Part shown: positions 49,533 through 60,289 of the stretch, one piece after another | Numbering within the stretch: position 1 is the stretch's first letter | Layout of the letters: each line of letters starts with the position of its first letter | Source of the DNA: an uncultured Trueperaceae bacterium | GTDB lineage: Bacteria > Deinococcota > Deinococci > Deinococcales > Trueperaceae | NCBI GenBank assembly: GCA_963799485.1 | Contig: CAWCXJ010000004.1 | Span: 96,001 to 160,000, forward strand | Direction of reading: 5' to 3' | Length of the DNA stretch: 64,000 nucleotides | The notes under the pieces: model-generated | Database searches by the model: none | Told to the model about the DNA's origin: nothing | What the model saw: only the letters and a program-made list of their open reading frames with translations | Translations under genes and position numbers: made by a program

Positions 49533-50693
49533 GTGAACGCTCCCCCCGAAGGCACCCGCTACGCCCACACCGCTGAAAGTGCGGCGCGCGTCCGCACAGT
49601 AGCTACGCTGCAGGCGTTGTTCTCGAGCTGGGGTTACGAACACGTCGACGTCCCGGTTTTAGAGCGCTTCGACCCTCGGCATCCGGTCGCTGCGCGCGCG
49701 TTTAAGCTGACCGGCCCCGACGGTGAACTTTTGGCGCTGCGTTCGGACTATACCTATGCCCTCGCTACACTCGTAAGGTTTAATCAAGCCGACGCGCAAG
49801 GGGTTTTACGGCTGCAGTACAGCGGCGGGCTCTGGCGCACGGTCGTGCCCGACATCGCCCGGACGCGCGAGTTTACGCAAGTGGGGCTCGAGTTAGTCGG
49901 CGTGAGCGGCGCGCGCGCCGACGCCGAACTCATCCACCTGGCGCGCGAAGCGGTGCGGGCCGTCGGCCTTGCGCCACGGGTCGAAGTCGGGAATCCGGGA
50001 TTCGTCCGGCAACTTTTCGACCTCGCCGAGTTGTCACCCGAGCTTAGAAATTTGGCTGCCGACGCCATCGACCGTAAAGACCAGGCGACGTTGCAAGGAC
50101 TTTTGGAACCCCTCGACTTACCGCCGGATTTGCTGCGAGCGCTGCTCGGCGTGCCCGACCTTTACGGCGACTTGCGGACACTTGGTGCGGCGCGGCAGCT
50201 CGCCCCGTGGCCCGAAACGGCGGCGGCGTGCGACCACTTAGAGGCTGTTTTGACCGAGTTCGAAGACAGCAGCGAACTCCTCCTAGACCTCGGCATGGCG
50301 CGGCGGCTTGCTTACTACACAGGCGTAACCTTTCGCGCCTATACCTTCGACTTTGGGCAACCGCTCCTCGGCGGCGGGCGTTACGACGGAGCCTTGTTGC
50401 CGCTCGCGGCGGGCTTTGCAATTGGGTTAGAACGCCTTTTGTCGGCGCTTTCCGGCGTTACCGGCGACGCACCCCCCATCGCGGTGAGTCTGGACGACGC
50501 CCCGGCGCGGCGGCTCCGGCGGGCGGGTTACCGCGTCGAGCGGGCCTTGACCGGTGATATGAACGAACTGCGGGCTTACGCGCGAGCCAAGGGGATTCCG
50601 TATCTTTTGCTCGCGAGCGGCCTCGAGCCCCTCACCGCCGAGCGCCCTTCGTTTGAAGCGTTACAAGCTTTGCTAGGGCGTAAACGTGCTTGA
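49533..50693 (+). CDS. hisZ: ATP phosphoribosyltransferase regulatory subunit
   Basis: [29 protein letters not shown]; precedes short hisG. Confidence 0.92.
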   Translation: MNAPPEGTRYAHTAESAARVRTVATLQALFSSWGYEHVDVPVLERFDPRHPVAARAFKLTGPDGELLALRSDYTYALATLVRFNQADAQGVLRLQYSGGLWRTVVPDIARTREFTQVGLELVGVSGARADAELIHLAREAVRAVGLAPRVEVGNPGFVRQLFDLAELSPELRNLAADAIDRKDQATLQGLLEPLDLPPDLLRALLGVPDLYGDLRTLGAARQLAPWPETAAACDHLEAVLTEFEDSSELLLDLGMARRLAYYTGVTFRAYTFDFGQPLLGGGRYDGALLPLAAGFAIGLERLLSALSGVTGDAPPIAVSLDDAPARRLRRAGYRVERALTGDMNELRAYARAKGIPYLLLASGLEPLTAERPSFEALQALLGRKRA

Positions 50694-51312
50694 ACCGAGC
50701 GCCAAACTTACGCTGGCACTGCCCAAAGGTCGGGTGATGCAAAAAAGCTTGACGCTTTTGCGGGCTGCCGGACTCGAGCTTTCAGACCCGCCCGGAACCC
50801 GCGCTTTGCAGTACGACGCGGGCGGCGCGCGCATCATCGAGATGCGAAATACCGATGTGCCGACCTACGTCGATTTGGGCGTGGCGGACGCAGGCGTCGT
50901 CGGGAAAGATGTGCTCTTAGAGTCCGGCAGGAGCGTTTACGAACCCGTCGATCTGGGGTTCGCCCACTGCCGTTTGTCGCTGATTCGGCCCATAGGCGCG
51001 CGTGGCCCGGTGCGGCGGATTGCCTCGAAATATCCCCACACGACCCGGCGCTACTTGCAAGAACGCGGGCTTAGCGCCGAGGTCGTCAAGCTGGCCGGAA
51101 ACGTCGAGCTGGCGTGTCTGGCGGGCTTAGCCGATGCGGTCGTCGATATCGTCGAGACCGGCGGGACGCTTCGGGCCAATGGGTTGGAGGAACTCGAGGT
51201 CATCCTCACTTCGTCCGCCCGGTTTGTCGTCAACCGCGCCGCGCTCAAACTCAAAAGTGACGCACTACGGCCTTTAATCGGTGCACTCCGCACCCAGAGC
51301 CTGAACACCTAA
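50686..51312 (+). CDS. hisG: ATP phosphoribosyltransferase (short form)
   Basis: [33 protein letters not shown]. Confidence 0.96.
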   Translation: MLEPSAKLTLALPKGRVMQKSLTLLRAAGLELSDPPGTRALQYDAGGARIIEMRNTDVPTYVDLGVADAGVVGKDVLLESGRSVYEPVDLGFAHCRLSLIRPIGARGPVRRIASKYPHTTRRYLQERGLSAEVVKLAGNVELACLAGLADAVVDIVETGGTLRANGLEELEVILTSSARFVVNRAALKLKSDALRPLIGALRTQSLNT

Positions 51313-51688
51313 GCCAACTGTAGCGGTAATACGCGGTAATACCAGTTAGCGTGCCTGAGCGTTACTTTCTTACCAGCTTGACCGGCGCTGAAATCCTTTC
51401 TTAGGCGGTGCGCTCGCGTGGGAGCACCGAAAACAGCCTGCACCGGGTACGCGACGCTGCTTTTAGCGAAGACCCGGCAGAACAAGGCAAGTCCAAGCCA
51501 ACCTCGTCACCCTGCGGCATCTGGCGCTAAATCAACGCAAAAGCGAAACGTCTCTTAAAAATCACGACCGCCTAGTTCTCCAGGCGTAAGCCTGGTCTTG
51601 TAGCCGGTTGAGCTGACGCGAACCGGGTAGGCCGGGGTATGCTGGCACGGGTACGCTGGCACCAAGAAGGTGGAGGGAACAGAGCGTT

Positions 51689-51883
51689 ATGGCGAGACTT
51701 TCAGTAGGCGAACTTATCGAAGCGCTTGCTGCACTTTCAGAAGAGGAGCAGCTCGAGCTGTGCGACGCGCTCGTCGACGACTCGAGGCTTAGAGACCTGC
51801 TCGAGGCCATCGACGATTACCTTTATCTCGAGGATGAAGACGACCCGCCGCTCAACCTCCAGGTCGACCGCGAACTCAACTGA
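51689..51883 (+). CDS. Small acidic hypothetical protein
   Basis: GGAGGG RBS; amphipathic acidic helices. Confidence 0.5.
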   Translation: MARLSVGELIEALAALSEEEQLELCDALVDDSRLRDLLEAIDDYLYLEDEDDPPLNLQVDRELN

Positions 51884-52060
51884 TACTTTCCTTGTGCCGT
51901 ATCAGTCTGGCACCGTACCAGCTTGTGACGTACCGACCTTAACTTGCGCGCCGTAGTTGTTATGGTGGGCTGCTAGGTAGTAGGACTACGCGCGGTACAG
52001 TCTAGGGCGCGCGTAAGTAGCTGCGAACAAAACATCCGCAGCTCCGAAGTAGGAGTTTTT

Positions 52061-53596
52061 GTGGCAGAAGACAAACCGCAGACGGCAGGAAAAAAGGGCC
52101 TAACGCACAGCACGCTGGTAGGTTTTTTCTGGTCTTTTGCCGGTACTGGCGCTCAGGCTGGCTTACAGTTTCTGGTGTTAGCCGTTTTGTCACGGCTGCT
52201 TGTACCTGCTCAGTTTGGTCTTATCAATATCGCCAACACTATCGTTATCTTTGCCGGCTTCCTTTATCAGCTTGGGCTCGGCCCCGCACTGATTCAGCGT
52301 AAAGTCGTCACCGCCGATCATATCCGCTCAGGGTTTACCTTTACGATGATCCTGAGCGTCATGCTCACTGTGCTGGTATGGATTCTGGCGCCTTTTCTGG
52401 CAAGCTTTTACCCGAAGATTCCAGGACTTTTAGAGGTGATCCGCGGGATGTCGTTTCTGTTTGTAATCAACGGTATCGGGGCAGTAGCCCGCGCGCTCAA
52501 CTTCCGCAACCTCAACTTTAAGATTAAAGCGCGCTTTAACGCCGTGGCCTACGTCGTTGGTTACGGGATGGTCGGGGTCGGGTTGGCTTTTTTAGGGTTT
52601 GGCGCGTGGTCTTTGGTATGGGCGTCGCTCAGCCAATCGCTCGTCACCAGCATCCTTTTTTTAGGCGCTTCACCTCACCCTAAAGGCTTTCAACTCAATA
52701 AGAAGGCCCTTGGAGAGCTCTGGTCGATGGGTTCTGGCTTTACCCTCGGACAAATCTTTAACCGTATTGCGGGTTCCTCGGACAACCTTATCGTCGGGGC
52801 GACGCTGGGTAGCCAGGCGGTCGGGCTTTACGGGCGCGCCTATCAACTTATGGTTTTGCCCTCGCAGTATTTCGGACAGGTACTCGACCAGGTACTTTTT
52901 ACCGCGATGTCCAAAAAACAAGATCAGCCCAAAGTCCTGGGGGCTGTGTACCGCCGCGGCGTCGTTACCATTGCGCTCGTCGTAATGCCGCTCAGCGCGC
53001 TGTTGTTCTTTCTGGCACCTGAATTCATCCGTGTTCTTTTGGGCAATCAGTGGGACGCGATCATCGTACCGTTTAAGATTTTTGCCCTGACGATGCTCTT
53101 TAGAACGAGTTACAAGATGGGCGACTCGATCTGCCGTTCGACCGGCGTCGTGTTTCAGCGGGCGTTGCGGCAGTTTTACTTTTCGGTGCTGATTATTGCA
53201 GGAACCTGGATCGGGCAGTATCAGGGTATCGTCGGCGTTACGGTGGGGGTAAGTATCGCGATCGCCTTTAACTTTTTTTCGATGGCGCAGCTTGGCCTCA
53301 AGGTCACCGGAATGACGTGGGCGACGTTTTTTGCAGCTCACGTTCCGGCGCTCTTTCTGACCGGGGTCGCCGCCCTCGAGTCGTGGCTGCTCGCCGACTT
53401 GTTGCGCGCTTTGGCGTGGCCCGACGTGTTCGTTTTGTTCGGTTCGGTCGGCGGCGTCGGCGTTACGCTGCTCGCCCTTATCTGGCTGTTGCCGCGCTTC
53501 TTTCTGGGTGAGGACGGCTTGTGGGTGTTGAAAACCGTCGGTGCCTACTTTCCTAAAGCCGTACAAGTTCAGATTAGTAAACTTCAGTACCGCTAG
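52061..53596 (+). CDS. Polysaccharide flippase (Wzx/WzxC-like)
   Basis: RLL.P..FG, LGLGPALIQ, GFGAWSLV, DNLIVG..LG..AVGLY.RAY. Confidence 0.9.
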   Translation: MAEDKPQTAGKKGLTHSTLVGFFWSFAGTGAQAGLQFLVLAVLSRLLVPAQFGLINIANTIVIFAGFLYQLGLGPALIQRKVVTADHIRSGFTFTMILSVMLTVLVWILAPFLASFYPKIPGLLEVIRGMSFLFVINGIGAVARALNFRNLNFKIKARFNAVAYVVGYGMVGVGLAFLGFGAWSLVWASLSQSLVTSILFLGASPHPKGFQLNKKALGELWSMGSGFTLGQIFNRIAGSSDNLIVGATLGSQAVGLYGRAYQLMVLPSQYFGQVLDQVLFTAMSKKQDQPKVLGAVYRRGVVTIALVVMPLSALLFFLAPEFIRVLLGNQWDAIIVPFKIFALTMLFRTSYKMGDSICRSTGVVFQRALRQFYFSVLIIAGTWIGQYQGIVGVTVGVSIAIAFNFFSMAQLGLKVTGMTWATFFAAHVPALFLTGVAALESWLLADLLRALAWPDVFVLFGSVGGVGVTLLALIWLLPRFFLGEDGLWVLKTVGAYFPKAVQVQISKLQYR

Positions 53597-53682
53597 GAAG
53601 ACCCCGTTACCGTTATGCTGATACCTATGCCCGTAAGCTTACTCCCGAGTCCAACTGCGCCGCACCCAGGTCTACCGCGCCG

Positions 53683-54798
53683 ATGAAGACGCGTAAACCC
53701 GTGCTGTCGCTCTATCTGCCCAATCTGGACGGCGGCGGCGCTGAACGTATGATGGTCAACCTGGCCGCCGGTTTTGCAGGGCGCGGCTTCCCTACCGACC
53801 TGGTACTGGCCGAGGCCAAAGGCCCTTACCTCGAGCAGGTCGCGCCGGACGTGCGGATAATTGACCTCGCCTCGAGCGGTGTCAGCGCCAGCCTGCCCAA
53901 ACTGGTGCGTTACCTGCGCCGGAACCGACCCGCCGCGCTGTTAGCGACCCTCAACCACGCGAGCGTCGTCGCGCTCTTGGCCCGCGCGCTCGCGGGGGTA
54001 CCGACCAGGACCGTTATCCGCGAATCCAATATGCTTTTTCCCAAACCGGCCTTGAGCCTTAAAGGGGTCTCGTTGCGGACGTCCGTGCGCCTTTTTTACC
54101 CCTGGGCCGACGCCCACGTCGCCGTGTCGCAAGGGGTTGCCGACGACCTGGCACGTTTTATGAAAACCGGTACAAAAAAGATCCACACGATCTATAACCC
54201 GGTCGTGACCGACGAACTCTTCCAGCGTGCGCGGCAAAGGCCCGCACACCCCTGGTTCGCGCCCGGGGAACCTCCTGTCATCCTGGGCGTCGGACGGCTC
54301 GCCCCACAAAAAGATTTTCCGACCCTCATCCGGGCGTTTGCTGCCGTCTACCAAAAACGTCCGGCGCGGCTGATGATTCTAGGCGAGGGTAACCAGCGTG
54401 ACGAACTGACGGCGCTCACGCGCGAGCTTGACTTGGAGGACGCGGTTGCCCTCCCCGGCTTTGCCCAAAACCCTTTCTCGTACATGGCGCACGCCGATAC
54501 CTTCGCCCTCTCGTCGAAGTTCGAGGGTCTGCCCGGCGCACTTATTCAGGCGATGGCGTGCGGCTGCAAGGTCGTCAGCACCGACTGTCCGAGCGGCCCC
54601 CGTGAAATTTTACGGGGCGGTCAACTCGCTCCCCTGGTTCCCGTCGGCGACGCGGGCGCGCTCGCAGCGGCGATCTTGGAAAGTCTGAGCGCGCCGCCTG
54701 ACCCGGCCCTGCAAACCCGAGCGTGCGACTTTACCGAAGCGCGCATCTTGCCGCAGTACCTAAACGTCCTCTTGCCTGCAGCTGCGACCTATGACTAG
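53683..54798 (+). CDS. Glycosyltransferase family 4
   Basis: GGAER, GRLAPQKDF, SSKFEGLPGALIQAMACG. Confidence 0.92.
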   Translation: MKTRKPVLSLYLPNLDGGGAERMMVNLAAGFAGRGFPTDLVLAEAKGPYLEQVAPDVRIIDLASSGVSASLPKLVRYLRRNRPAALLATLNHASVVALLARALAGVPTRTVIRESNMLFPKPALSLKGVSLRTSVRLFYPWADAHVAVSQGVADDLARFMKTGTKKIHTIYNPVVTDELFQRARQRPAHPWFAPGEPPVILGVGRLAPQKDFPTLIRAFAAVYQKRPARLMILGEGNQRDELTALTRELDLEDAVALPGFAQNPFSYMAHADTFALSSKFEGLPGALIQAMACGCKVVSTDCPSGPREILRGGQLAPLVPVGDAGALAAAILESLSAPPDPALQTRACDFTEARILPQYLNVLLPAAATYD

Positions 54799-54819
54799 CC
54801 CGGCTACGGTCTCGCCACA

Positions 54820-56016
54820 GTGAAGATCATCTATATCACCGCCTCGCTGCCGTATGGGGCGACCGAGGTCTTTGCTATCCCCGAAGTGCGCGAGCTGATC
54901 CGCCGGGGGCACGAGCTGAAAATCGTTCCGGTAACGCGCTACTCGCAAGGGGTTCACAGCGACGCCGAGCCTTTTCTGGCGCTGACCGAATACGAAACGC
55001 TGCTGTCGCAAAAGGTGTTGCGGGCTGCGCCGCTTGGGTTCGCACGCGCGCCGGTGCGGGCGGCGGGGGCGCTTTCACGTACACTCGTCGGTCAGCGCCG
55101 GGGCGCTGTTAAAAAAAACCTCGGCAGCTTTCCCAAAGCCTTGTGGCTTGCGGGGCTGGCGCGCCGCTGGGAGGCCGACCACATTCACGCGTACTGGGCT
55201 TCGGTCGCGGCGACGACGGCGATGGTCGCCGCCGAAACGAGCGGCGTGCCGTGGAGTTTTACCGCGCACCGCTGGGACATCGAGACGCCCAACGCGTTTC
55301 GGGCCAAGCTCGAGAGTGCCCGCTTCGTCCGGTTTATAGCCGGGGACGGCCTCGAGTTAGCGCGCCCCGTCGCCGGCCCCGAACTGGACAACAAGGCCGT
55401 GCTGATCCGGATGGGCGTCCCTTTAAGTAACCACCGGCTGGAGAAAACCGAGCCCCCCGCCGGCGTGCAGCTGCGGGTTATCTGCACGGGCAGCCTGATT
55501 CCGCGTAAAGGCCAGCAGTTTTTGCTCGCGGCCGTAGCACGTCTTCAAGCTCAGGGGATTCACGTTCAGGTCAGCTTAGCCGGCGACGGCGAGACGCGTG
55601 AGGCGCTTGCAAACCAGGCTCAGGTGCTGGGAATCGCCGACCACATCGTCTTTTTAGGCAACGTCGACCACGCCGCATTGCTAGACAGCTACAGCAGAGG
55701 CCACTACGACGCCTTCGTTTTGCCGAGTCTGCACGAGGGGATTTCGATTGCGCTGATCGAGGCGATGTCGCGCGGACTTCCGGCGATTGCCACCGACGTC
55801 GGCGGAACCCGCGAATTGCTGACCGAAGGGACGGGACAACTTATTCCTGCTGAAAACGTAGACAGCCTCGTCAAAGCGCTGACGCTACTCGTCCGCAGTG
55901 AACCCGAACGGCTCAGGCAAGGCCAGGCGGGCCGCGCGCGGGTGATGAACGACCACGATATCAAGGGCGTGGTCGACGCGCTCGAGGCCCAATTTCAAAA
56001 GTTTAGTAGACCCTAA
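54820..56016 (+). CDS. Glycosyltransferase family 4
   Basis: HIHAYW, FTAH, PRKG, EGISIALIEAM. Confidence 0.9.
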   Translation: MKIIYITASLPYGATEVFAIPEVRELIRRGHELKIVPVTRYSQGVHSDAEPFLALTEYETLLSQKVLRAAPLGFARAPVRAAGALSRTLVGQRRGAVKKNLGSFPKALWLAGLARRWEADHIHAYWASVAATTAMVAAETSGVPWSFTAHRWDIETPNAFRAKLESARFVRFIAGDGLELARPVAGPELDNKAVLIRMGVPLSNHRLEKTEPPAGVQLRVICTGSLIPRKGQQFLLAAVARLQAQGIHVQVSLAGDGETREALANQAQVLGIADHIVFLGNVDHAALLDSYSRGHYDAFVLPSLHEGISIALIEAMSRGLPAIATDVGGTRELLTEGTGQLIPAENVDSLVKALTLLVRSEPERLRQGQAGRARVMNDHDIKGVVDALEAQFQKFSRP

Positions 56017-56019
56017 TTT

Positions 56020-57240
56020 ATGAAAATTACCTACCTCCACCAGTACTTTCACACCCCCGACGTTCCCGGCAGCACCCGTTCGTATGAGATGGCGCGCCGG
56101 TTCGTAGCGCAGGGCCACGAGGTCAATCTGATTACTTCCGACCGGCACGCGGCGCCGGGGAGCGGCTGGCGCGTGTCGGATGAGGCGGGCATCCGCGTTC
56201 ACTGGCTGCCGGTACCGTACTCAAACGAGATGAGTACCCGCGAACGTATAGGCGCGTTTTTCAAGTTTGCCCGCGGCGCGGCGCAAAAAGCCGCAGGTCT
56301 CCCTGCCGACCTGATCTTTGCGAGCAGTACCCCGCTCACCATTGCGCTGCCGGCGGTCTGGGCAGCCAAGCGGCAGCGGGTGCCGATGGTCTTTGAAGTC
56401 CGTGACCTCTGGCCCGAGTTGCCGATTGCCATGGGCGCGCTGAGGGGTGAGCCGACGATCTACGCCGCCGAGCGGCTCGAGCGTTTCGCCTACCGTAACG
56501 CCGCGCAGGTCATCGCCCTTTCACCGGGTATGAAAGCCGGCGTGGTCAAAACCGGATATCCGGCGGCGCGCGTTCACGTGATTCCCAACAGCTCGGATCT
56601 CGCGCTTTTCGACGTGCCGGCGTCGGCGGGTGAGCGGTTCCGGGCAGAACACGACTGGCTCGGCGACCGGCCCCTTGTCGCCTACATCGGAACATTAGGT
56701 CAAATCAACGGTGTGTCGTATCTTGCAGAGCTGGCCGCCAAAGTACGACCTGAAGCGCCCGAGGTGCGTTTTGCCGTTTACGGCGGCGGCTTCGACGCCG
56801 AAAAAGTGCGGCGGCGTGCACACGAACTCGGCGTGCTGAACGAAACCTTTTTTATGCCGGGGCCGATTCCTAAAAATCAAGTCCCGAACGTTCTTTCCGC
56901 TGCAACCCTCGCGTCGTCGCTGTTTATCGACCTCAAAGAGATGTGGGACAACTCGGCGAACAAGTTTTTCGACGGGCTCGCGGCAGGGCGGCCCGTTTTG
57001 ATCAACTACGGCGGCTGGCAAGCCGATATCGTGCGCGAAACCGGCGCGGGTTTGGTGCTCGACCCACACGATATGGACAAAGCAAAAGACGCGCTGCTAA
57101 AGGTGTTGGGTGACGAGGCGTGGCTCAAGGATGCCGGTCAAAAAGCGCGCAAGCTGGCTCGGGAACGCTTTTCCAGAGATGGTCTGGCTGCCGAACTGAT
57201 CGCTGTGCTCGAGCAAACGCACAAGGAAGCCCGCTGCTAG
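56020..57240 (+). CDS. Glycosyltransferase family 4 (WbuB-like)
   Basis: LHQYF, RSYE, EVRDLWPE, ANKFFDGLAAG. Confidence 0.9.
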   Translation: MKITYLHQYFHTPDVPGSTRSYEMARRFVAQGHEVNLITSDRHAAPGSGWRVSDEAGIRVHWLPVPYSNEMSTRERIGAFFKFARGAAQKAAGLPADLIFASSTPLTIALPAVWAAKRQRVPMVFEVRDLWPELPIAMGALRGEPTIYAAERLERFAYRNAAQVIALSPGMKAGVVKTGYPAARVHVIPNSSDLALFDVPASAGERFRAEHDWLGDRPLVAYIGTLGQINGVSYLAELAAKVRPEAPEVRFAVYGGGFDAEKVRRRAHELGVLNETFFMPGPIPKNQVPNVLSAATLASSLFIDLKEMWDNSANKFFDGLAAGRPVLINYGGWQADIVRETGAGLVLDPHDMDKAKDALLKVLGDEAWLKDAGQKARKLARERFSRDGLAAELIAVLEQTHKEARC

Positions 57241-57297
57241 CACGTTATGATGTACAGGTTTTGGGGCTCGCCCCGCAGTCTTGTTTAGGAGTCCACT

Positions 57298-58119
57298 ATG
57301 CCCATCAATCTAGAGGCGCTCGCGCCTGAGCTCATCGCGGCTGCGAAAGCTGCCGGTGACGTCATCATGCAGGTCTACGAAAGCGAGGATTTCGGCGTCG
57401 AGACCAAAGCCGACGACTCGCCCTTGACCAAAGCCGACCTCGCCTCGAACCGGGTGATCTTAGAGCATTTGCATAAACTGACCCCGGACATCCCGGTTTT
57501 GTCCGAAGAGTCGAAACACGTGCCCTACGCTGAACGCAAAGCGTGGACGCAGTTCTGGCTCGTCGATCCGCTAGACGGCACCAAGGAGTTTATCAAACGC
57601 AACGGCGAGTTTACGGTCAATATCGCGCTCATTGAAGACGGCGTGCCGGTTTTCGGCGTGGTTTACGCTCCGGCTCTCAACTTGACCTACTGGGCAGCGG
57701 CGGGTCTGGGCGCGTTCAAGGGCGAAGGAGCGGGCAACCGCATCGAAGCACAGGAGTACCGCAGCGGCCCACTCAACCTGGTTGCAAGCCGTTCGCACGC
57801 CGGGGCCGCCACTGAAGCGCTGGTGGGAGAACTCGAGCAGACCACCCCCGTAAACCTGGTCTCGAGCGGTTCGTCGTTAAAACTCTGCTTGGTCGCCGAC
57901 GCTCAGGCGCACCTCTATCCGCGTTTTGGCCCGACGATGGAGTGGGACACCGCCGCCGCGCAGTGTGTCGCCGAGCAAGCCGGGGCAAGGGTACGTGAAC
58001 CGGGCGGCGGGCCTCTTCGCTACAACAAGGAAAATCTGTTAAATCCCTATTTTATCGTGACCAAAAGCGAGGCACTCTTCAAAAAGGCCTCCGACGTAGG
58101 GCTAAATACGACCAAGTAG
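57298..58119 (+). CDS. cysQ: 3'(2'),5'-bisphosphate nucleotidase
   Basis: SPLTKAD, DPLDGTKEF, SRSH, GSSLK, EWDTAA. Confidence 0.95.
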   Translation: MPINLEALAPELIAAAKAAGDVIMQVYESEDFGVETKADDSPLTKADLASNRVILEHLHKLTPDIPVLSEESKHVPYAERKAWTQFWLVDPLDGTKEFIKRNGEFTVNIALIEDGVPVFGVVYAPALNLTYWAAAGLGAFKGEGAGNRIEAQEYRSGPLNLVASRSHAGAATEALVGELEQTTPVNLVSSGSSLKLCLVADAQAHLYPRFGPTMEWDTAAAQCVAEQAGARVREPGGGPLRYNKENLLNPYFIVTKSEALFKKASDVGLNTTK

Positions 58120-58210
58120 ACAGCGTACTAGGTATAACCGGGAGGACGACCCGAGCGTCTATCCCAGTGCAAATTACCGACCACTTGAACCTCAAAAGGA
58201 GTTCCAAACG

Positions 58211-59380
58211 ATGTCCAAACCTCTGATTTCTCCACACGGCAGTACCCTCGTCGACCGCGTGCTTAGCGGCAGCGAACGTGACGACGCCGTAAAACGCGCG
58301 CAAAACCTGCCAAAGCTTGCGTTGTCTGAGCGCAATTTGGCCGACCTCGAGTGCCTCGCTACCGGCATCTACAGCCCGTTGGAGGGATTTGTCAGCGAAG
58401 CCGACTATGAGAGCATCGTTGAGAATATGCGCCTTTCCAACGGCACTGTCTGGAGCATTCCGATTACCTTGCAGGTTGCAGAAGACGCCGCCGAACAGTA
58501 CCCGGTGGGCCGGGAAATCGCCCTCACCAGCGGCGGCGAAATCCTCGCGGTGATGAACGTCACCGATGTTTACCGCCCCGACCAGACCCGTGAGGCCGAA
58601 CAGGTCTACCGAACGGGCGACAGCAAACACCCCGGCGTCGCGGCGATGATGGACGCGGGCAGCGTCTATCTGGGCGGGCCGATTTCCCTGGTCGGTGAAC
58701 TGCCCGAAGGCGAGTTCGGCGCGTACAAGTTCTACCCGAAAGAAACCCGCGCCAAGTTCGAGGAAAAAGGCTGGCACACCATCGTCGCCTTTCAGACGCG
58801 CAACCCGATTCACCGGGCGCACGAGTACATCACCAAGATCGCTTTGGAGGGCGTTGACGGGCTCTTTATCAACCCGCTCGTCGGCACCACCAAATCCGAC
58901 GACATCCCCGCCAGCGTCAGGATGCAGTGCTACAACATCCTGATTGAAAAGTACTACAACCAGGACAAGGTGATTTTGGGCGTCTATCCGGCAGCGATGC
59001 GTTACGGTGGCCCCCGCGAGGCGATTTTGCACGCGATTTCACGGCAAAACTACGGCTGTACGCACCTGATTGTCGGGCGCGATCACGCGGGCGTCGGCGA
59101 CTATTACGGGACTTACGACGCGCAGGAGATTTTCGACGAGCTAAGTGAAGGCGAGCTCTTAATCACCCCGATGAAGTTCGAGCACGCCTTTTACTGCACC
59201 CGCACCGAGCAGATGGCGACGCCGAAAACGACCTCCTCGACCCCCGAAGAGCGTATTCAACTCTCCGGCACCAAAGTCCGCGCGATGCTCTCCCAAGGTC
59301 AACTCCCACCGCCCGAATTCTCGCGGCCCGAAGTCGCCGAAGTCTTGATTCAAGCCTACCGGAAAGCGGAGACCGCGTAA
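58211..59380 (+). CDS. sat: Sulfate adenylyltransferase
   Basis: [35 protein letters not shown]. Confidence 0.97.
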   Translation: MSKPLISPHGSTLVDRVLSGSERDDAVKRAQNLPKLALSERNLADLECLATGIYSPLEGFVSEADYESIVENMRLSNGTVWSIPITLQVAEDAAEQYPVGREIALTSGGEILAVMNVTDVYRPDQTREAEQVYRTGDSKHPGVAAMMDAGSVYLGGPISLVGELPEGEFGAYKFYPKETRAKFEEKGWHTIVAFQTRNPIHRAHEYITKIALEGVDGLFINPLVGTTKSDDIPASVRMQCYNILIEKYYNQDKVILGVYPAAMRYGGPREAILHAISRQNYGCTHLIVGRDHAGVGDYYGTYDAQEIFDELSEGELLITPMKFEHAFYCTRTEQMATPKTTSSTPEERIQLSGTKVRAMLSQGQLPPPEFSRPEVAEVLIQAYRKAETA

Positions 59381-59381
59381 G

Positions 59382-60029
59382 ATGTCCCAGGTTAAATCCA
59401 ACAGCGTCAAACTCGACCGTATCAAAGCTGAAAACATCGTCTGGCACGAGCAGACTCTATCCAAAGAGGAGCGCGGCGCACTTAAACATCAGCGCCCCTG
59501 CATCTTGTGGTTTACCGGGCTGTCGGGTGCGGGCAAATCGACGGTGGCAAACGCGCTCGAGCAAGCTCTCCACGCGCGCGGCTATCACACCTACTTGCTC
59601 GACGGCGACAACGTGCGGCACGGCCTCAACAAGAACCTGGGTTTTAGCGCCGAAGACCGCGAGGAGAACATCCGCCGCATCGGAGAGGTCGCCAAGCTTT
59701 TCGTCGATGGTGGCACCATCGTGCTGACCGCGTTTATCTCGCCGTACCGCCGCGACCGCGAGCAGGTGCGCGCGCTTGTGGCTGAGGGCGAGTTTCTCGA
59801 GGTCTTTGTCGATACGCCCTTAGACGTGTGCGAAGACCGCGACCCCAAAGGCTTGTACAAAAAAGCCCGCGCAGGCGAAATCAAGCACTTTACGGGCATC
59901 GACGACCCTTACGAAGCGCCCGACCAGCCTGAAATCACGCTCCGCACAGACCAGAACAGCATCGAGGAGAGCGTGGTGCAGATTATGGAAGAGTTGGCGG
60001 CGCGGGGGTACCTAAAAGTCAAAGCTTGA
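59382..60029 (+). CDS. cysC: Adenylyl-sulfate kinase
   Basis: [30 protein letters not shown]. Confidence 0.97.
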   Translation: MSQVKSNSVKLDRIKAENIVWHEQTLSKEERGALKHQRPCILWFTGLSGAGKSTVANALEQALHARGYHTYLLDGDNVRHGLNKNLGFSAEDREENIRRIGEVAKLFVDGGTIVLTAFISPYRRDREQVRALVAEGEFLEVFVDTPLDVCEDRDPKGLYKKARAGEIKHFTGIDDPYEAPDQPEITLRTDQNSIEESVVQIMEELAARGYLKVKA

Positions 60030-60235
60030 AGCTAGAGATTTTTGGGGCAGGCTTGGGGAGACTCGAGCCTGTTTTCGTTTGTTTTAGCACCTCTTTTCAC
60101 AGCATAAGCCAAGGCGTGGCAAGCTGTTCCCTGGACTTACGGGAAAGCGCCGTCAAAGCGTACGTCGATGAAGGGCAAGCAAGAGTGCGGTAGCCAGACG
60201 CTTTGGGGTCTGTGAAAACCGCTATAGTCGACAAC

Positions 60236-60264
60236 AAAAAAGGCTGCTCGTCAAAGCAGCCTTC
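60236..60264 (-). terminator. Terminator downstream of the 5'-nucleotidase gene
   Basis: AAGGCTGCT / AGCAGCCTT stem with an A tract on the + strand. Confidence 0.7.
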
Positions 60265-60289
60265 CGGCTATGGGTTTATTTTTACGGCA

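Noticed and set aside
51380..51640. Possible c-di-AMP riboswitch fragments (GCTGAAATCC; GTCAGCT)
   Set aside because: The fragments lie on opposite strands and the core elements are missing
58079..59032. Long antisense ORFs (317 aa opposite sat, 298 aa opposite the flippase, and others)
   Set aside because: Shadow ORFs of high-GC coding sequence with no recognisable motifs
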